Shown here: piece by piece, positions 27,038 to 39,199 of the stretch
Position numbering within the stretch: the first letter of the stretch is position 1
How the letters are laid out: every line of letters begins with the position of its first letter
Assembly (NCBI GenBank): GCA_965202585.1
Contig: OZ241831.1
Coordinates: 45,446,001-45,510,000, forward strand
Direction: 5' to 3'
Length of the DNA: 64,000 nucleotides
Origin: Thalia democratica
Lineage: Eukaryota
Notes under the pieces: generated by a model
What the model was told of the DNA's origin: nothing
What the model saw: only the letters and a program-made list of their open reading frames with translations
Database searches by the model: none
Translations under genes and position numbers: made by a program

Positions 27038-28940
27038 TAGTGATCTACCGAATCCAAGATTCGGACTCGGATTCGGCCGAACTCTAAATTGTGATAAGAC
27101 TCGGATTTAGCCAAACCCTAATTTCAAAATAAGATTCCGATTCGGACTCGGCCGAATCCGAAATTTTTGACTTGGTAAACCACTTTAAGCTTTTTGAATT
27201 TACTTAATTGTTTGTAAATTAATTTTTAACTTAAAGTTAAATGAAATGTAAAAATAGTTAATGATTTCACGCTTGAGTGGATAAAAATGGTCTTTCTCGC
27301 TTATAAAAGCATTATTAATTTTTATTTAGAGTTTTGCAAACAGTATAAAAACTATGACATATCATTTTTGTTAGATTCTAAAACAAAACTAAGTAAAAAG
27401 TTAAGCCGTTTAGTCTTAGCTTTTTGGATAAGCGCTCTTATTTATTCGTCTTATGTTTAGTTGTTTTATGTTTGCTCGGTGTTAATGAACTGCTGCATTA
27501 TTTAGAAAAAGAAAAAAATGCTACTTAAATATGTAACGGCTTTCTAAAAGTTTAGGAAATCTCTTGGAGGTTCTGGGAAACTCAGGATAGTTTTAATTTT
27601 TAATTAATACATCAGGGTAGTTTTAAGACTTTTAAAATTTTAGTCAAGTATTCATGCATATTGGTTGACATTTAGTTGAATTAGTTTAAATACTATTTTT
27701 AATACCAATTTTGTTAAAAACTTGATTTTTATTGATGTCTAAAAGATGTTAATTTTTTTCTAAGCATTTGAAAAATCTCGAGGTGACTCAGGAAATTTTA
27801 AGGTCACTCAGGACAAATCTTTTGACTCAAAGAGTGACAACCCTGAATAATGTAAATGTTGTTGGTAGTTTGTTAATGATAAATATATTTTTATATATTC
27901 TCACAATTTTGAAATTTTATTTGTTAATTTTTCCATTTTATAGTTTTTATTTTAGTAAATTTTTAAAATGTTTTATTTATATTTAAAGTTTTTTACTTAA
28001 TGTCAAACATTTATGCCAAGATAAACAATTAAATTAAATCGTTAAAGTATGAAAAAAAATAAATTATATTACAGCAGATTTTCCCAAATTTTTAGCTCTA
28101 TATTATTATGCTTATAATTAATTATTGCTATTTTATTCTGTTAGGAATGTAAAAACCTACAAATGCTAAAATACTCACTAGGTCAGTATAAATAAAGCTT
28201 GAGTTTTTAAATAGCATAAGCTTAATAACTATTTGAAGATATACTCGTTTGTATTTTGTAGTATCAAGTTTTGCACCATAGTTTAAAATACAATTTTTCA
28301 TGTATCCATAAAATGTTTCATTTAAAAGAAAACATAGTTTAAGAACAAAACTATTACGACCTACATTAACAGCTTTATCAAAGTATAGTTTATACAACAT
28401 AAAAATCAAATTGCTATTTGGAATTAAAATTTAGTGCATTTTAATTTTATCATACTACCATACTATTTTTCTATAGTTATTTTTATTTTATAATATTAAT
28501 AATGTCATCAATAGTCTGGCAATATTTTACTATAGTTGAAGAAGATAACTCCATCGCAGTATGCAATATTTTTGGAGCTAAGATAAAAGTAGCAAGTCTA
28601 AGTGCTATACTATCTCTTCCATGCACGAGCATTTGAAAACTCAACACAGCGAGAGTTACAAAAAGTCTCAAAGTAAATCTTTTGACAAAGATAGAAGTTG
28701 TACTGCACCCGAACCTACGAAGAAAAGAAAGCTTGAAGCTATCAAGCAAACTAGCCTTGGTCATTATAAGTCTATAAAACTCTGGGACATTATGGATTCA
28801 AAAGCAATTAAAGTTTATAAAAATTATTAAAATATATGGACTCGGACTCAGATTCGGATTCGGCCGAATCCAAATTTCAAAATTGAGATTCGGATTCGGA
28901 CTCGGCTTAATCCGAAATTTTTGGACTCTGTAGATCACAA
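27038..28940 (+). mobile_element. Deleted hAT element: TAGTGATCTACCGAATCC-type TIRs, GATTCGG/GACTCGG subterminal repeats and a BED-finger transposase remnant (28502-28830)
   Basis: The left TIR at 27038 matches the rc of GGACTCTGTAGATCACAA ending at 28940. Flanks CGTTTTAT and CTTTATAT (6/8 match). 28502 reads MSSIVWQYFTIVEEDNSIAVCNIF, then after a frameshift CYTISSMHEHLKTQH...KLWDIMDSKAIK. A second right-end-like block at 27110-27184 makes the boundaries uncertain. Confidence 0.7.
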
Positions 28941-28967
28941 CTTTATATAGAAACTTTTAGTTAAAAA

Positions 28968-29290
28968 CAAATTTTTACATCAAAATGAAACAAGTTGAAT
29001 TTTAATATTAAGATTGAATTTATGGTAAAGTTTAAATTTAAGTTCAGTTTCAAAATCAAAAAACAACACAAATAATAATAAAACATTATAAAAATCTGTA
29101 TTTAGCTTTCTTTTTCCTTATATTTTTAACTTTGAAAATTAACGAAAAGAAAAAATATATATACGTACAGCTTTTACTATTATTATTCTAGTCATATTGA
29201 TTTTAAAAATTAACTAAAATTTAAACTTTACCATAAAATCAATTTGGTTATTAAATTTTGATTTGTTTAGTTTGGAAATAAAAATTTTGA
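28968..29290. repeat. ~320-bp imperfect AT-rich palindrome (foldback)
   Basis: tttatggtaaagtttaaattt (~29019-29039) is inverted as aaatttaaactttaccataaa (~29217-29237). The arms align throughout, with the centre near 29130. Part of it is also homologous to 26820-26890. Confidence 0.7.
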
Positions 29291-29355
29291 GTAAGTTTTT
29301 TTTAATATAATTGTTTAATAGATACTTTCCATGACTTTTACATATCTTTTTAGAC

Positions 29356-29405
29356 TTATTTAAGCACTGACGAGGTCTTTGACCGAAACTTAGTTTGTAA
29401 GATAA
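29356..29405 (+). ncRNA. Type I minimal hammerhead ribozyme motif with an intact catalytic core
   Basis: Stem I UUAUUU-AA-GCA / UGU-A-AGAUAA, core CUGACGA, stem II GGUC-UUU-GACC, then GAAA and near-palindromic ACUUAGU. Predicted GUU cleavage after 29395. A mutated copy lies on the minus strand at ~26708-26751. Confidence 0.65.
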
Positions 29406-30432
29406 ATTCTTAAAAGATTTATTACATTATTTTTCCTCTAGTAGTTAAGATCTCTTTATTTGTTTTCTTAAAATCAAAACATATAATATATTCATTTATG
29501 TGAAAAACGTGTGGGTTTTAGATGATTAAAATCTAGCAGCTATATGCTTGCTATTCAACTTTCGGTGAAAAAAGTAAGACTACATAGTTTTAGCTAGGCT
29601 ATACTTACATTAGCTTTGAGTTAAACTTAAACACTAACAACAAAGTGAATAAAAAAAAATTAATTAAAATTTTAAAAGATTAGATATAGCTTAAAAGATA
29701 AAATTGTTTAAATAGCAAATGACAAGACACATTAAAGAATATTATTCAACAAGCAAAAACAACAAAAAACAGTTGACAAATTTAAGTTATAATGTAAATG
29801 GTTATTAGAATGAGTTATAATTAAAGCACACAGCGTTTTTTTTTTGTTTATATTCAAACAAGGTAAAAATAAAAATGCAAACACATTTGTGTGTAAATTA
29901 AATGCTCATATAAAACTTAAACAAAAGACGATAAAATATTCTAAAGCACAATAACATATTGTACCTTTAAAATTAATTTAAATATTTAGTTAAATCTTTG
30001 TAAAATAGTTTATACCGCAAAAGTTGAAAAAAACAATAACAATAAAGATATTAAAAAAAAAGGTGATAATGATAGGTCCACTGTTAGTCGAAATCAGCAA
30101 TGCAATGTGCATAGAACAAAAAAAAACAATTACAGTGATGCAATAAGTAAAACAAACAAATAATAAAAATATTATATCAACGTACAACTAAGAATCTTTA
30201 TTATAGTTATTTGCAAACGAATGATACTATTGTGTTAAGTAAGATAAATTATGTAAATGGTTTTTACTTTTCTTCAGGTATTTATCAAACAATTTATTTG
30301 TTAACAAAAAAAATACAGAACATCGTTATATATCAGTCAAATAAAGTATAAACTGTAATATCAAACACTGTTTATAACTTATTACTTGGTAAAGAACGTA
30401 AATTTTATTTACTTTTTTTAATTTTTTAGTTC

Positions 30433-30615
30433 AACCGAGGTCGTCAAGAACAACGTTTTAAGGACGTATGCAAGCGCGACCTAATTAGCTTTAATGAAAA
30501 AAATGACAGAAAGTTCCTTGCCAATGACCGGGACAATTGGCGATTTACTGTACACAAAAGACTGTAAGAAAGGACTAAAGAACACCTAGAGAATCCGAAA
30601 GCCACGAAAAAATGA
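30433..30615 (+). mobile_element. 3' end fragment of an RTE-clade LINE ORF
   Basis: Reads NRGRQEQRFKDVCKRDL...LANDRDNWRFTVHKRL*, matching the GRP..R(Y/F)KDVCKRD...LA.DR..WR motif of RTE elements. Confidence 0.7.
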
Positions 30616-33600
30616 AAAGCAAAATGTCTTTTATTTTTATATATAAATTTTTTACTGTTTGTTATTTTCATCTGTCGCATCACTGTCAATTTTTTTTCTC
30701 ATATGCACAATGTTTACTTGATTTCGGCTGACAGCAGACCTGAGTTTTAGTGAACTAAACACTGATAATCTGATTCCAGAAATTTTAAGAAGTTGTGTAC
30801 TTAAAATTATAAAAACTTGTGGTATTGTATTAGTTAGCTAATTTTAATAATAATAAACACTACTCTTGCTTTGGTTTTGTTGTCTTGATAAGAAAATTTA
30901 AATTTTGAAAACTTTTAAGAGGTTAATGAAATATAACATTTATATAAATATGTTTTATGTATTTAGTTTTTTAAAATACTAAACTAAACGTAATACAATT
31001 TTACTGCAGTTTAGGTTAAAAGCTACATTATTGTAATTTTAATTAATTAAACTCAAGCAACTTCGTTTTATAAAAACTTCGACAATTCTGTACATTTTGG
31101 AGTGACTAATCGTAAGCAGTGAAATGAGGATTTCTGCAACTTCGTGTTATATTTTTTGTTTACACAAATGATAGCTATATGATATTAAAACAAACAATTA
31201 TCTGCTGAGTATCTTTGCATTTTGAACTTAGTAGTAAGGATATAATGGAAGGTGCATTAATAATCTCATGGTAACATTTTAGATTTTAGCAAACGCAATA
31301 ACTTCTTTATTGATTTCATGTACAATGTCTTTTATTTACAAATGTCAAACACATGACTTTTTTTTATGAACTTGTTTATGACAAACTGTGACGTAGAAAA
31401 TTCAATACAAATACAGTTATCACATAACTTTTACATAAAACCTTGTTTTAGATGATAGTTATACTACTGTATGAAAATAAATTTTGTCAATATAACCGTC
31501 AAAGTGTGTTTTGATATATGCAAAACTATATGGATAATAGAGTTTAATATAAAACGATACATTATTTTCAGTTTTTTAATACACTTACTGTTTTTTTACA
31601 TGTAATTTTACAAAACAGAAAAAGTAAGATTTGGATAAAAAAATCTTAATTAATAAAATGTTAAACAAACCTAATGAAAAGTTTTCAGTAAAAATAATTT
31701 ACTTTACATGTTTTTTACAGAGTAAGCAAGTAGTTCATTATTTCTTAGTAAAAAATTTATTAAAATTAAGCTATTCATGAATGAAGTATTTCTACTTTAC
31801 AGTTTTATATTTGCCAGTTTTTAGGTAAGTTTTTAAATTGACGAATAAGAATAAACTATCTAAAAACTATGTTCCAAAGTAATTTATTGTTTAAGTTTTT
31901 AAACATAAAAAATGTCAGTTTTTGTAAAAAATACTTTAAAACCGAAAAAAAAAGAAAGTATTGTGTTTTTAAATTTTTATGTAAAAAAGACGACTAAAAT
32001 ATCCGTTATTTTAAAATTATTGTCGTTTAAAAACACTACTAAGCACTATGCAGCTCTACTACAGTTTGATTTTTTAACTTTTTTTATTTGTAAGTTTTAC
32101 TTATTGTGGTATTTAAATGTAATTAGTATAGACAATCTAAATTTAAAAAGTGTTTGATTTAGTAACGCTAGAATTAAGAAAGCTTATTTTGTAACGACGC
32201 TGCTTTATAATCAAATATAAATTGCCCAAAAAATTGAGGCCAAAATGGTAGTTTACTACTTAGTAGTACTAAAAACTAGTAATTATCAGTATTATTAAAT
32301 GAACAACTTGAACACAGCTCCTGCAAGTTTTGTATTCTATATTCATTATTGTTTTATTAGTATTTGAAATTTTTAATAACCTGTTTGTTAAAGGAAACCC
32401 TGTACTAATTTTAAAAAATTCTCATTTTAAGATATTATTATAAGTATAAAAAAAATGAAATGACAATTTTTTGGACTTAAAACTGCAATATAAGTTTAAA
32501 GTCATTAATTTTTTTGTTACTGGTAGTCAGTAGTTTTTATTAGTTGTAGAAAATAAGTTTATATGTACAAGGTTGCCACTGGTTTTTGGCAAATTTTCCT
32601 CCAGATTTTTAAAAGTATTGGTTTATGAGTCTATTTTTAAATTGAAATTAAATAAAGATAAAAGTTGTGTTAATTAGTATAACAATATTTAAAACATACT
32701 ATAAAGCTACTTTAATTTGTATTTTGTAATAAAACTTTTTTTTTGATAATGACAACCTTTTTTATTTATTTTATAGACATTTGTCTTAAACAGAAATTTT
32801 ACCACAAAATATGTAAAAGTTGTTTAAAAATTCAGGTTTTTTTTTTCAAAGTTTCTGAAATTCCAGGGTTTTTAGCCTAGATTGTCAAGTTCCAGTTTTT
32901 GTGGCAATTTTTTGCAGCATAATGTGAATTAAGAAATTATTTTTTTTTACACATTAAAAAGTGCTCTTAATGAGAACCAACTAAATAAAGTGAATTTAGA
33001 ATTTAGTCTCTGAATTGAATGTTGCAAGATCAAAACTCAGTAGTCAACACATGTACAAAAAAAAAACAAAGCCAAGAGTTATAATAAGTTCTTAAAGGAC
33101 ATTATACTTCAAAATAACAAATTTTTATAGTTTTTGTTGATATTATTTTGGTAGTTTTCATATAAAATATTGTTCATATTTTTCACATACCATTATATTT
33201 TTGTTTCAAAATACCTTAGTCATTATAGGAGATAAAGGCTACACATCTCATTTACACACAACCTTGGATTTTTTCTAAAGGTTAATTAATTTTGTTCTTT
33301 TATATCTTTTACTATTAAATAAGTAATGTATAGCTAACAAGGTACATGCAATTTTTATATGTGTCTGCCCTATTTTGATAAAACAAACTGTTTAAAAACA
33401 AAATTTATAATTTAAAAATACTTGTGATAAACAAGTTAGGCATTCATTTAGTAAGATAAAGTTAATCTAAAAAATAAGCCTAAGTGAGATCCACAACCTT
33501 TTTTTATATTAAGAAGGGGTGGTCAAAAATGTTTTTTTAAGTTATTTTAAAAGTGTTTAGCTAACCTACAAATATTAAATGACTAGCTTCTTATTTGAGG

Positions 33601-34691
33601 AGGGAAACAAAACAATGAGTTTAAAAAAATTGTAAAACCGTTTTATTTTTATTATTTAAGCTAGTAATCCAATAATTTCAGGAAGTGTTCTTAGCTTGAT
33701 TCAAGTAAAAATCTTGACAGGTGTTTAAAAATATTAAGAAAAATATGATGGCAAAATTAATGTAAAAATTCTTTTTAAACTAAAAAGTTGTTCAGCGTGG
33801 CCAAATTACCTGGAACCCTCGAAAAATCTGGAATTTTAAACAATTAATACATGTTAAGTGATAAAATTTCAATTTGATACAAAAAAAAATCAATGATTTA
33901 AATAAAATTCTTTTGTCATCAACTAAAATCTTTAATTATAAAACAAATTTAAAATAGCTTTACAGTATCTTTTTAACATTGTTATACTGTTTAACACAGT
34001 TTTTTACCTTAAAATAAAATACAGCCAAAAACGTGTACTTTCAAAAACTTTAAAAATTCTAAAAATTCAGTGGCCACCCTGAAATAATTTTTTTGATTTG
34101 ATTGAAGATTTATTTGAACAAAATTGTTAAAGTTTTTTTTTTAAATTGTCCTATTTCTTTTAATTATCCTTATTTTTTTTATCTAAATGTTTCAAACTAG
34201 TGGATTTTTTAATTTGATATAGTCAATCTGCAGCACCCCCTAACAAAAAGACCACGCAACGCCACTGTTGACCACTGAGTTTTCATATTGCAAAATTTAA
34301 CTCACAGAGCGAATTTTAAATAATTCCCTTTGTTCAGTTTGTTTACATTCATTACATTTTTCAATGCGTAATGTTCAATAAGTAGTTTTTTAATTCACAT
34401 AGTTCTGCAATAATTTTTTAAACAGTTTTTTGTATGAAAATTTGTTTGATAAAAATTGTATGAAAATTTTGTTTGAGTTCAAAATGCAGCTGACACATAT
34501 TAAGCTTGACGCTGTTGTTTACCGAATATTTTAAGATCTATTATTATAATGTAAACCACCAAAAAATATGAAAATGATGGAAAATTACGTTTTCTTTCTT
34601 TTATTATTAGGTGGAACAACAGCTCCAGTGTGCCACCCCAAGCGACGCCTCTGCTTGTCAACAGTAATTTTGAATAACTGTTCTTTTACAA

Positions 34692-35006
34692 CATGGGGTC
34701 GGCAAACTGCGGCCCATATGCGGTCCTAAAAGCCAAAATCTGCAGCCTGCGAAATACTTTTAAACTCAAAGTATACCTATTTAAGTAAAGTATCACGAAA
34801 AGTTTTTCTAATAACAGCTCGCAGTTACGTTTTTAATTTATTAACTACTCATTACTGATATGATAATCTTTATCATATTTTTGTTTTAAAACACTTTTTT
34901 TATCTACAAGTATATTGTAATAACTGCAGGCCGCATAAGACTATTTTATACAGCCCGCGATCAAGTTTTTCAAGGCCAGTGACTTTTACAAGGCTGCTTA
35001 CCCCTG
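34692..35006. mobile_element. 315-bp hAT-like MITE ~120 bp upstream of the Kelch-2 ATG
   Basis: The left end is CATGGGGTCGGCAAACTGCGGCCC and the right end is GCTGCTTACCCCTG. No clean TSD. Duplicate at 46227-46541. Confidence 0.6.
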
Positions 35007-35128
35007 GTTTGAAAGTAATCAGCGTGACACTTGTATAAACTGTTTACTTTTTGAACGCTGTTTTCATTTAAATTATGTTCTTTTTCTTAAAATGAAAACA
35101 ACTATACAAACTTGCACAGAATAACATT

Positions 35129-37855
35129 ATGGAACAATCAGTTTCAAAGAAAAGAAAAGTATTATTTGAGGAAAAGTGTCAAAGCAAGGATAACGTTAAA
35201 AAACTAAAAGGCGTTTGTGAACAACTACTAAGAAATGAAGCTGCTTGTGCGAACTTACAAGTTAAGAGCTTTTTGGAATTATGCAAGAAAAATACATCGA
35301 GATTTTTAAAATTTAATACTCACAGATCAACATTCAAAGGTAGTTTTGTTAATTGGTTTTAAATAGTTTTCAATTCTTTTATGCTACATTATTAATAAGT
35401 AAAGAAAAATAATAATAAAACATTTCAAGTCAAATAGATCCATGTCTTATACAATTAAAAACAACATCGGCAAAAGTCTGCAGAGCAGAAGCCTAGACTT
35501 TCGTATGCTGTGAGACAAGCACAAGTTTAACAATAGGGTTGATCATACCTATTCAATCATCAGATCACAAGCCTTCGGTAGACTGAGACCGGTTTCGTCC
35601 GTCTAATAAGTTCTTAAAAAGCAGAAGCGGTCTCAGTCTATCGAAGCTTGTAGTCTGATGATTAAATTAGCATGATCAACCCTTTTGTTAAACTTATACA
35701 ATCAAAATTGTAAAATAAACGATTAGTTAAAAGTTTGATATTTTAAAACAGATTTTAAAGTTTTTAAACAGTTAATAGTAACCTTAAAGGATAGTGTTAA
35801 CAATTTTTTAGAAAAATATTTACTTTAAATAAAGTTTTTAATATTAAAACTAAACTATAATCATAAGTAGGTAACACTATTTTCAATATTTTTTAGTAGC
35901 AGGCCTACAAAGTTTTCAAAATTAATTGTAAAAGTTTGTAGAGAAGTTAATCTTTTCGAAAGCAAACAATTATTAGTATTATCAATTTCTTCCAAAAACA
36001 ATAAAACTAAACTAGTATCAGGCATATAAAATAGCAAAACAAAATTAGCAATTTTTACACCTTTAAACTTAATGAAGTTCTTTTTATGTAGTTTTTACTA
36101 AAATTGACCAAACTTATTGGATTGATTTTTTTAAGTAACTGAAATTTTTTAACACTTGTTTAAAGTTTTTTTTTGGGGTTTTTAATTGTTGTTTAGATTA
36201 CTTCAACTAAAACTTGCGAATACTAAAAGTTATCAATTTCTTTAAAAAACGTAATAGGAACAGAGATTTATTATAAAAACGTCTTTAAAGACAAAACAAG
36301 TTTTAAAATGAGTAACATGTTAAGCTACATTCTATAAGTTTTTTTATTCTAAAAATTTAACAAAATTTTTAAGTTGAGTTTTTATTAAGACTCGGACTTA
36401 TTCTTAACTGTATATTACGTAATGTGCAATTTAAAAAATGTACTCTTATAAACAGGTTTATACAGCAATTGGTCGTTCAACAAAAATGTTGTCTCAGCTA
36501 TCAAATACAACAGAGTTTTTCCCGATAAAGGTATAGAAAATACGCTTTCATCACTAATTGAAGATAAAGTTTGTAATAAAAACGCTTTAATGCTTTACTG
36601 TTTATCAAGAGTATTGAAACTGTCAGGACTGTCTAAAATGTCATTTTGCTATGTAGAACGCCGGTTCGCAATAATAAGCGTAACTTCAGACTTTTTGGAG
36701 TTAGACTTCACCCATGTAAGGGATGTACTGGCAAGTTCAAACCTGCACATAACATCAGAACTTGAAGTTTTCTATGCTGCTGAAAGATGGTTGCAATATG
36801 ACTTTAAACAGCGTTGCAAGTACGCAAAAGATATTTTACTGAAAGTTCGTCTTTCTTTCTTTTCACAGGACACATTGAAACTTCTGATTAAAAAATCTTC
36901 ACCATTTTATAAATGTGATGGATGCGTTTCTTTACTTCATGAAATTTTGAAACGCAAAGAAACAAGTTGTAATAGTGTTGTTGATGCAAGCAGGTTTTCT
37001 AACCAGGACAATTTCAAGGTTTTAGTTTACAGCTTGAAAAGTCAGCCATTCGGTTCATCAAAACATGTTTTAAATATCCTGAGGTGTGATGGGTGCAACT
37101 TAAAATATGTTGATGACATACCTTTCATGTCAGAAAAGCTCAAGTTTTATTATTTAAAGATTTTATGTTTGAAAGAAGTTGCCTATGTTTTCGGAAAAAA
37201 GTCCACAACTAACTTTTTTATAAGTTATTCTTTTTTAACTAAAACTTGGAAAAGTGAAGCTGATATGACAGAAAAAAGAGGGATGTTTTGTGTCTGTGCG
37301 TTTATAGATAGAATATTTGCTATTGGGGGTTCAGTTACTGGTCCTAGTCTTAATTCTTGTGCTGAGTACCATGTAAATGACAACAAGTGGAGACAAGTTA
37401 GCGGAATGACTCAAGCAAGGTGTTTAGCATCTTGTGTGGTGTTTATGGAAAAAGTTGTTGTTTCTGGTGGACTCACCGGTGGAGGGCGTATAAGCAACAC
37501 TGTAGAGTCTTATGACGTAGTGGCAGATACCTGGCAACGAATGCCAAGCATGATTGAAAATAGGTACAGGCACAGCTTGGTTGCAGTCAGAAGCAAGCTG
37601 TTCGCAATTGCGGGCAGCAACACAAACACGTGCGAGGTGTTTGATCACAACAGCGAAAAGTTTACTGCTTTAAACAACTGCCCTTTTATTTACTACTTCC
37701 AGCAAGCCATTTCGATTGGAAGCAAAATTTTTATTTTCGGTTCAGGAAGTTTTTCTTGTTATGACGTTGATGAAGATGATTGGGTAGAAGACATAGAGTG
37801 TGGAGGAATAAAAAAGGTTTACCGTGGTTACTGTGCAAAAATGGACTTTAACTAG
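35129..37855 (+). CDS. BACK-Kelch protein 2, join(35129..35339,36456..37855), ~536 aa, no recognisable BTB domain
   Basis: Exon 1 MEQSVSKKRKV...TFKG ends AAAG|GTAGTT, and the acceptor aaacAG|GT at 36455 gives an open frame into ORF 36590. BACK motif (FLELDF..V..VLASSNL.ITSELEVF.AAERWL) and Kelch repeats (FAIGG, VVVSGG, VESYD...DTW). Confidence 0.9.
35523..35695. repeat. ~170-bp intronic foldback element containing hammerhead-like half motifs
   Basis: The arms AAGTTTAACAATAGGGTTGATCAT...AGACTGAGACCG and CGGTCTCAGTCT...ATGATCAACCCTTTTGTTAAACTT are near-perfect inverted repeats. Duplicate at ~47057-47229. Confidence 0.85.
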
Positions 37856-37890
37856 CGCACTTTTGAGTTTTACACAGTTAGCACTTAACA

Positions 37891-38093
37891 CAGGGTTTCC
37901 CAAGCTTTATTTCAAAAGGCCCCTTTAAAGAAATAAAAAAGCTATGGCGCCCTCCAACGAGATTTCTCAAAAACTTCTATAATAAATGCATATTACCTTT
38001 TTTTTCTCACCGTCTTTAGAATATTTATTGTAAGTGTAATTTTTGACCTTATGGCCCTCAATGGGGTTAATTGGACCACTTTAGGAAACTCTG
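37891..38093. mobile_element. 203-bp Buster-type hAT MITE 35 bp after the Kelch-2 stop
   Basis: TIRs CAGGGTTTCCCAA / rc CAGAGTTTCCTAA. TSD ACTTAACA / ACTTAAGA. Identical copy at 49416-49618. Confidence 0.85.
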
Positions 38094-39199
38094 ACTTAAG
38101 AACTATGACGTTTTTTTAGGATTGGCTGAACCATTAGAATTAATTGTTAAATATACTGTTTGTATGTGATAAAAATTTGTAAAGGTGGTTTTTTCTGATG
38201 TCTAATACTACTTTAAACAATAGTTATTGTTTTGTAGATCTTAAATTTTTAATTTATTTTCCTACAATAAATGTTTGAGTAATTCTTCACTTTCGTCATC
38301 TTAATTTGTTTATTAATTGTTACAATTGTTTTAAATAAAATTATTGTTTTTTTTCAATTTATAGAGCTGTTTTTTTTTAAGTTTTTATCAAATATGAAAA
38401 GTAAAATAATATTTTAAGAATTTACATATTTTTTTTTTTCTATGTCCTTATACTTACCCTCTGAGACAAATAGGTTATTAATTGATATATATTAGTATTG
38501 TGTATAAAACTTACAATAAAATATTTAAAATGCGAACTATAGAATAAACACCAAATTTTGATAAAACATTTTTTCAACAACTAAGTTTAAACAACTACCC
38601 GAAATTAATTAAACAATTTTTGAGTTTTAAAAAGCTTTTTTTCTTAAATAATAAATTTTAAACTTAAATTTACCATTAGTTTTAACTATAATATAAATAG
38701 ATTACTATGAACTGTGTAAGTTCATGAAAGTTTTATTTTTTACAAATTTAAAATATATTGTATGTAATGTTTATATACTTCTAATTTTTACAATTTTATA
38801 TCTTATAAATTTAAATTCAAGAAAGTTTAACGGACTAAAATATACATTGCTATATATTTATAGTCATCTCTAAATTGCTACCAAGCAATGGTACGAACTG
38901 TGTAAGAATCAAAAATATAATAAAGATAATTTTATCAAGTACTTCATGAATTCTAAGAGAAGTAAAACTAAGCATCCAGTTCTGTTAAATTTTGATTAAA
39001 GTAAAAATTTACTTTTCAATAATAATATTTTTTGCATATTGTTTAGGTACGGTGAAATACCATAACAATTGAGCTTACTTTACGGTTCAAGTAATCTAAG
39101 AGTCGGAATATTTCGTTTATTACGTTGTTAACACCAGTTTCTGAAAATTTAATAAAAACTAATTAACGATATAATAATCGGTAAGGAATATTAAGGAGA

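Noticed and set aside
27050-27175. GATTCGG/GACTCGG short repeats (also at 28838-28925) as a CRISPR array
   Set aside because: Irregular 6-7-bp motifs with no unique spacers; they are subterminal repeats of a hAT element in eukaryotic DNA.
39085-39145. Possible hammerhead on the minus strand next to the Penelope fragment (CTGGTG...AACGAAATATTC)
   Set aside because: The position fits a pLTR, but the core and helices are too degenerate to call.
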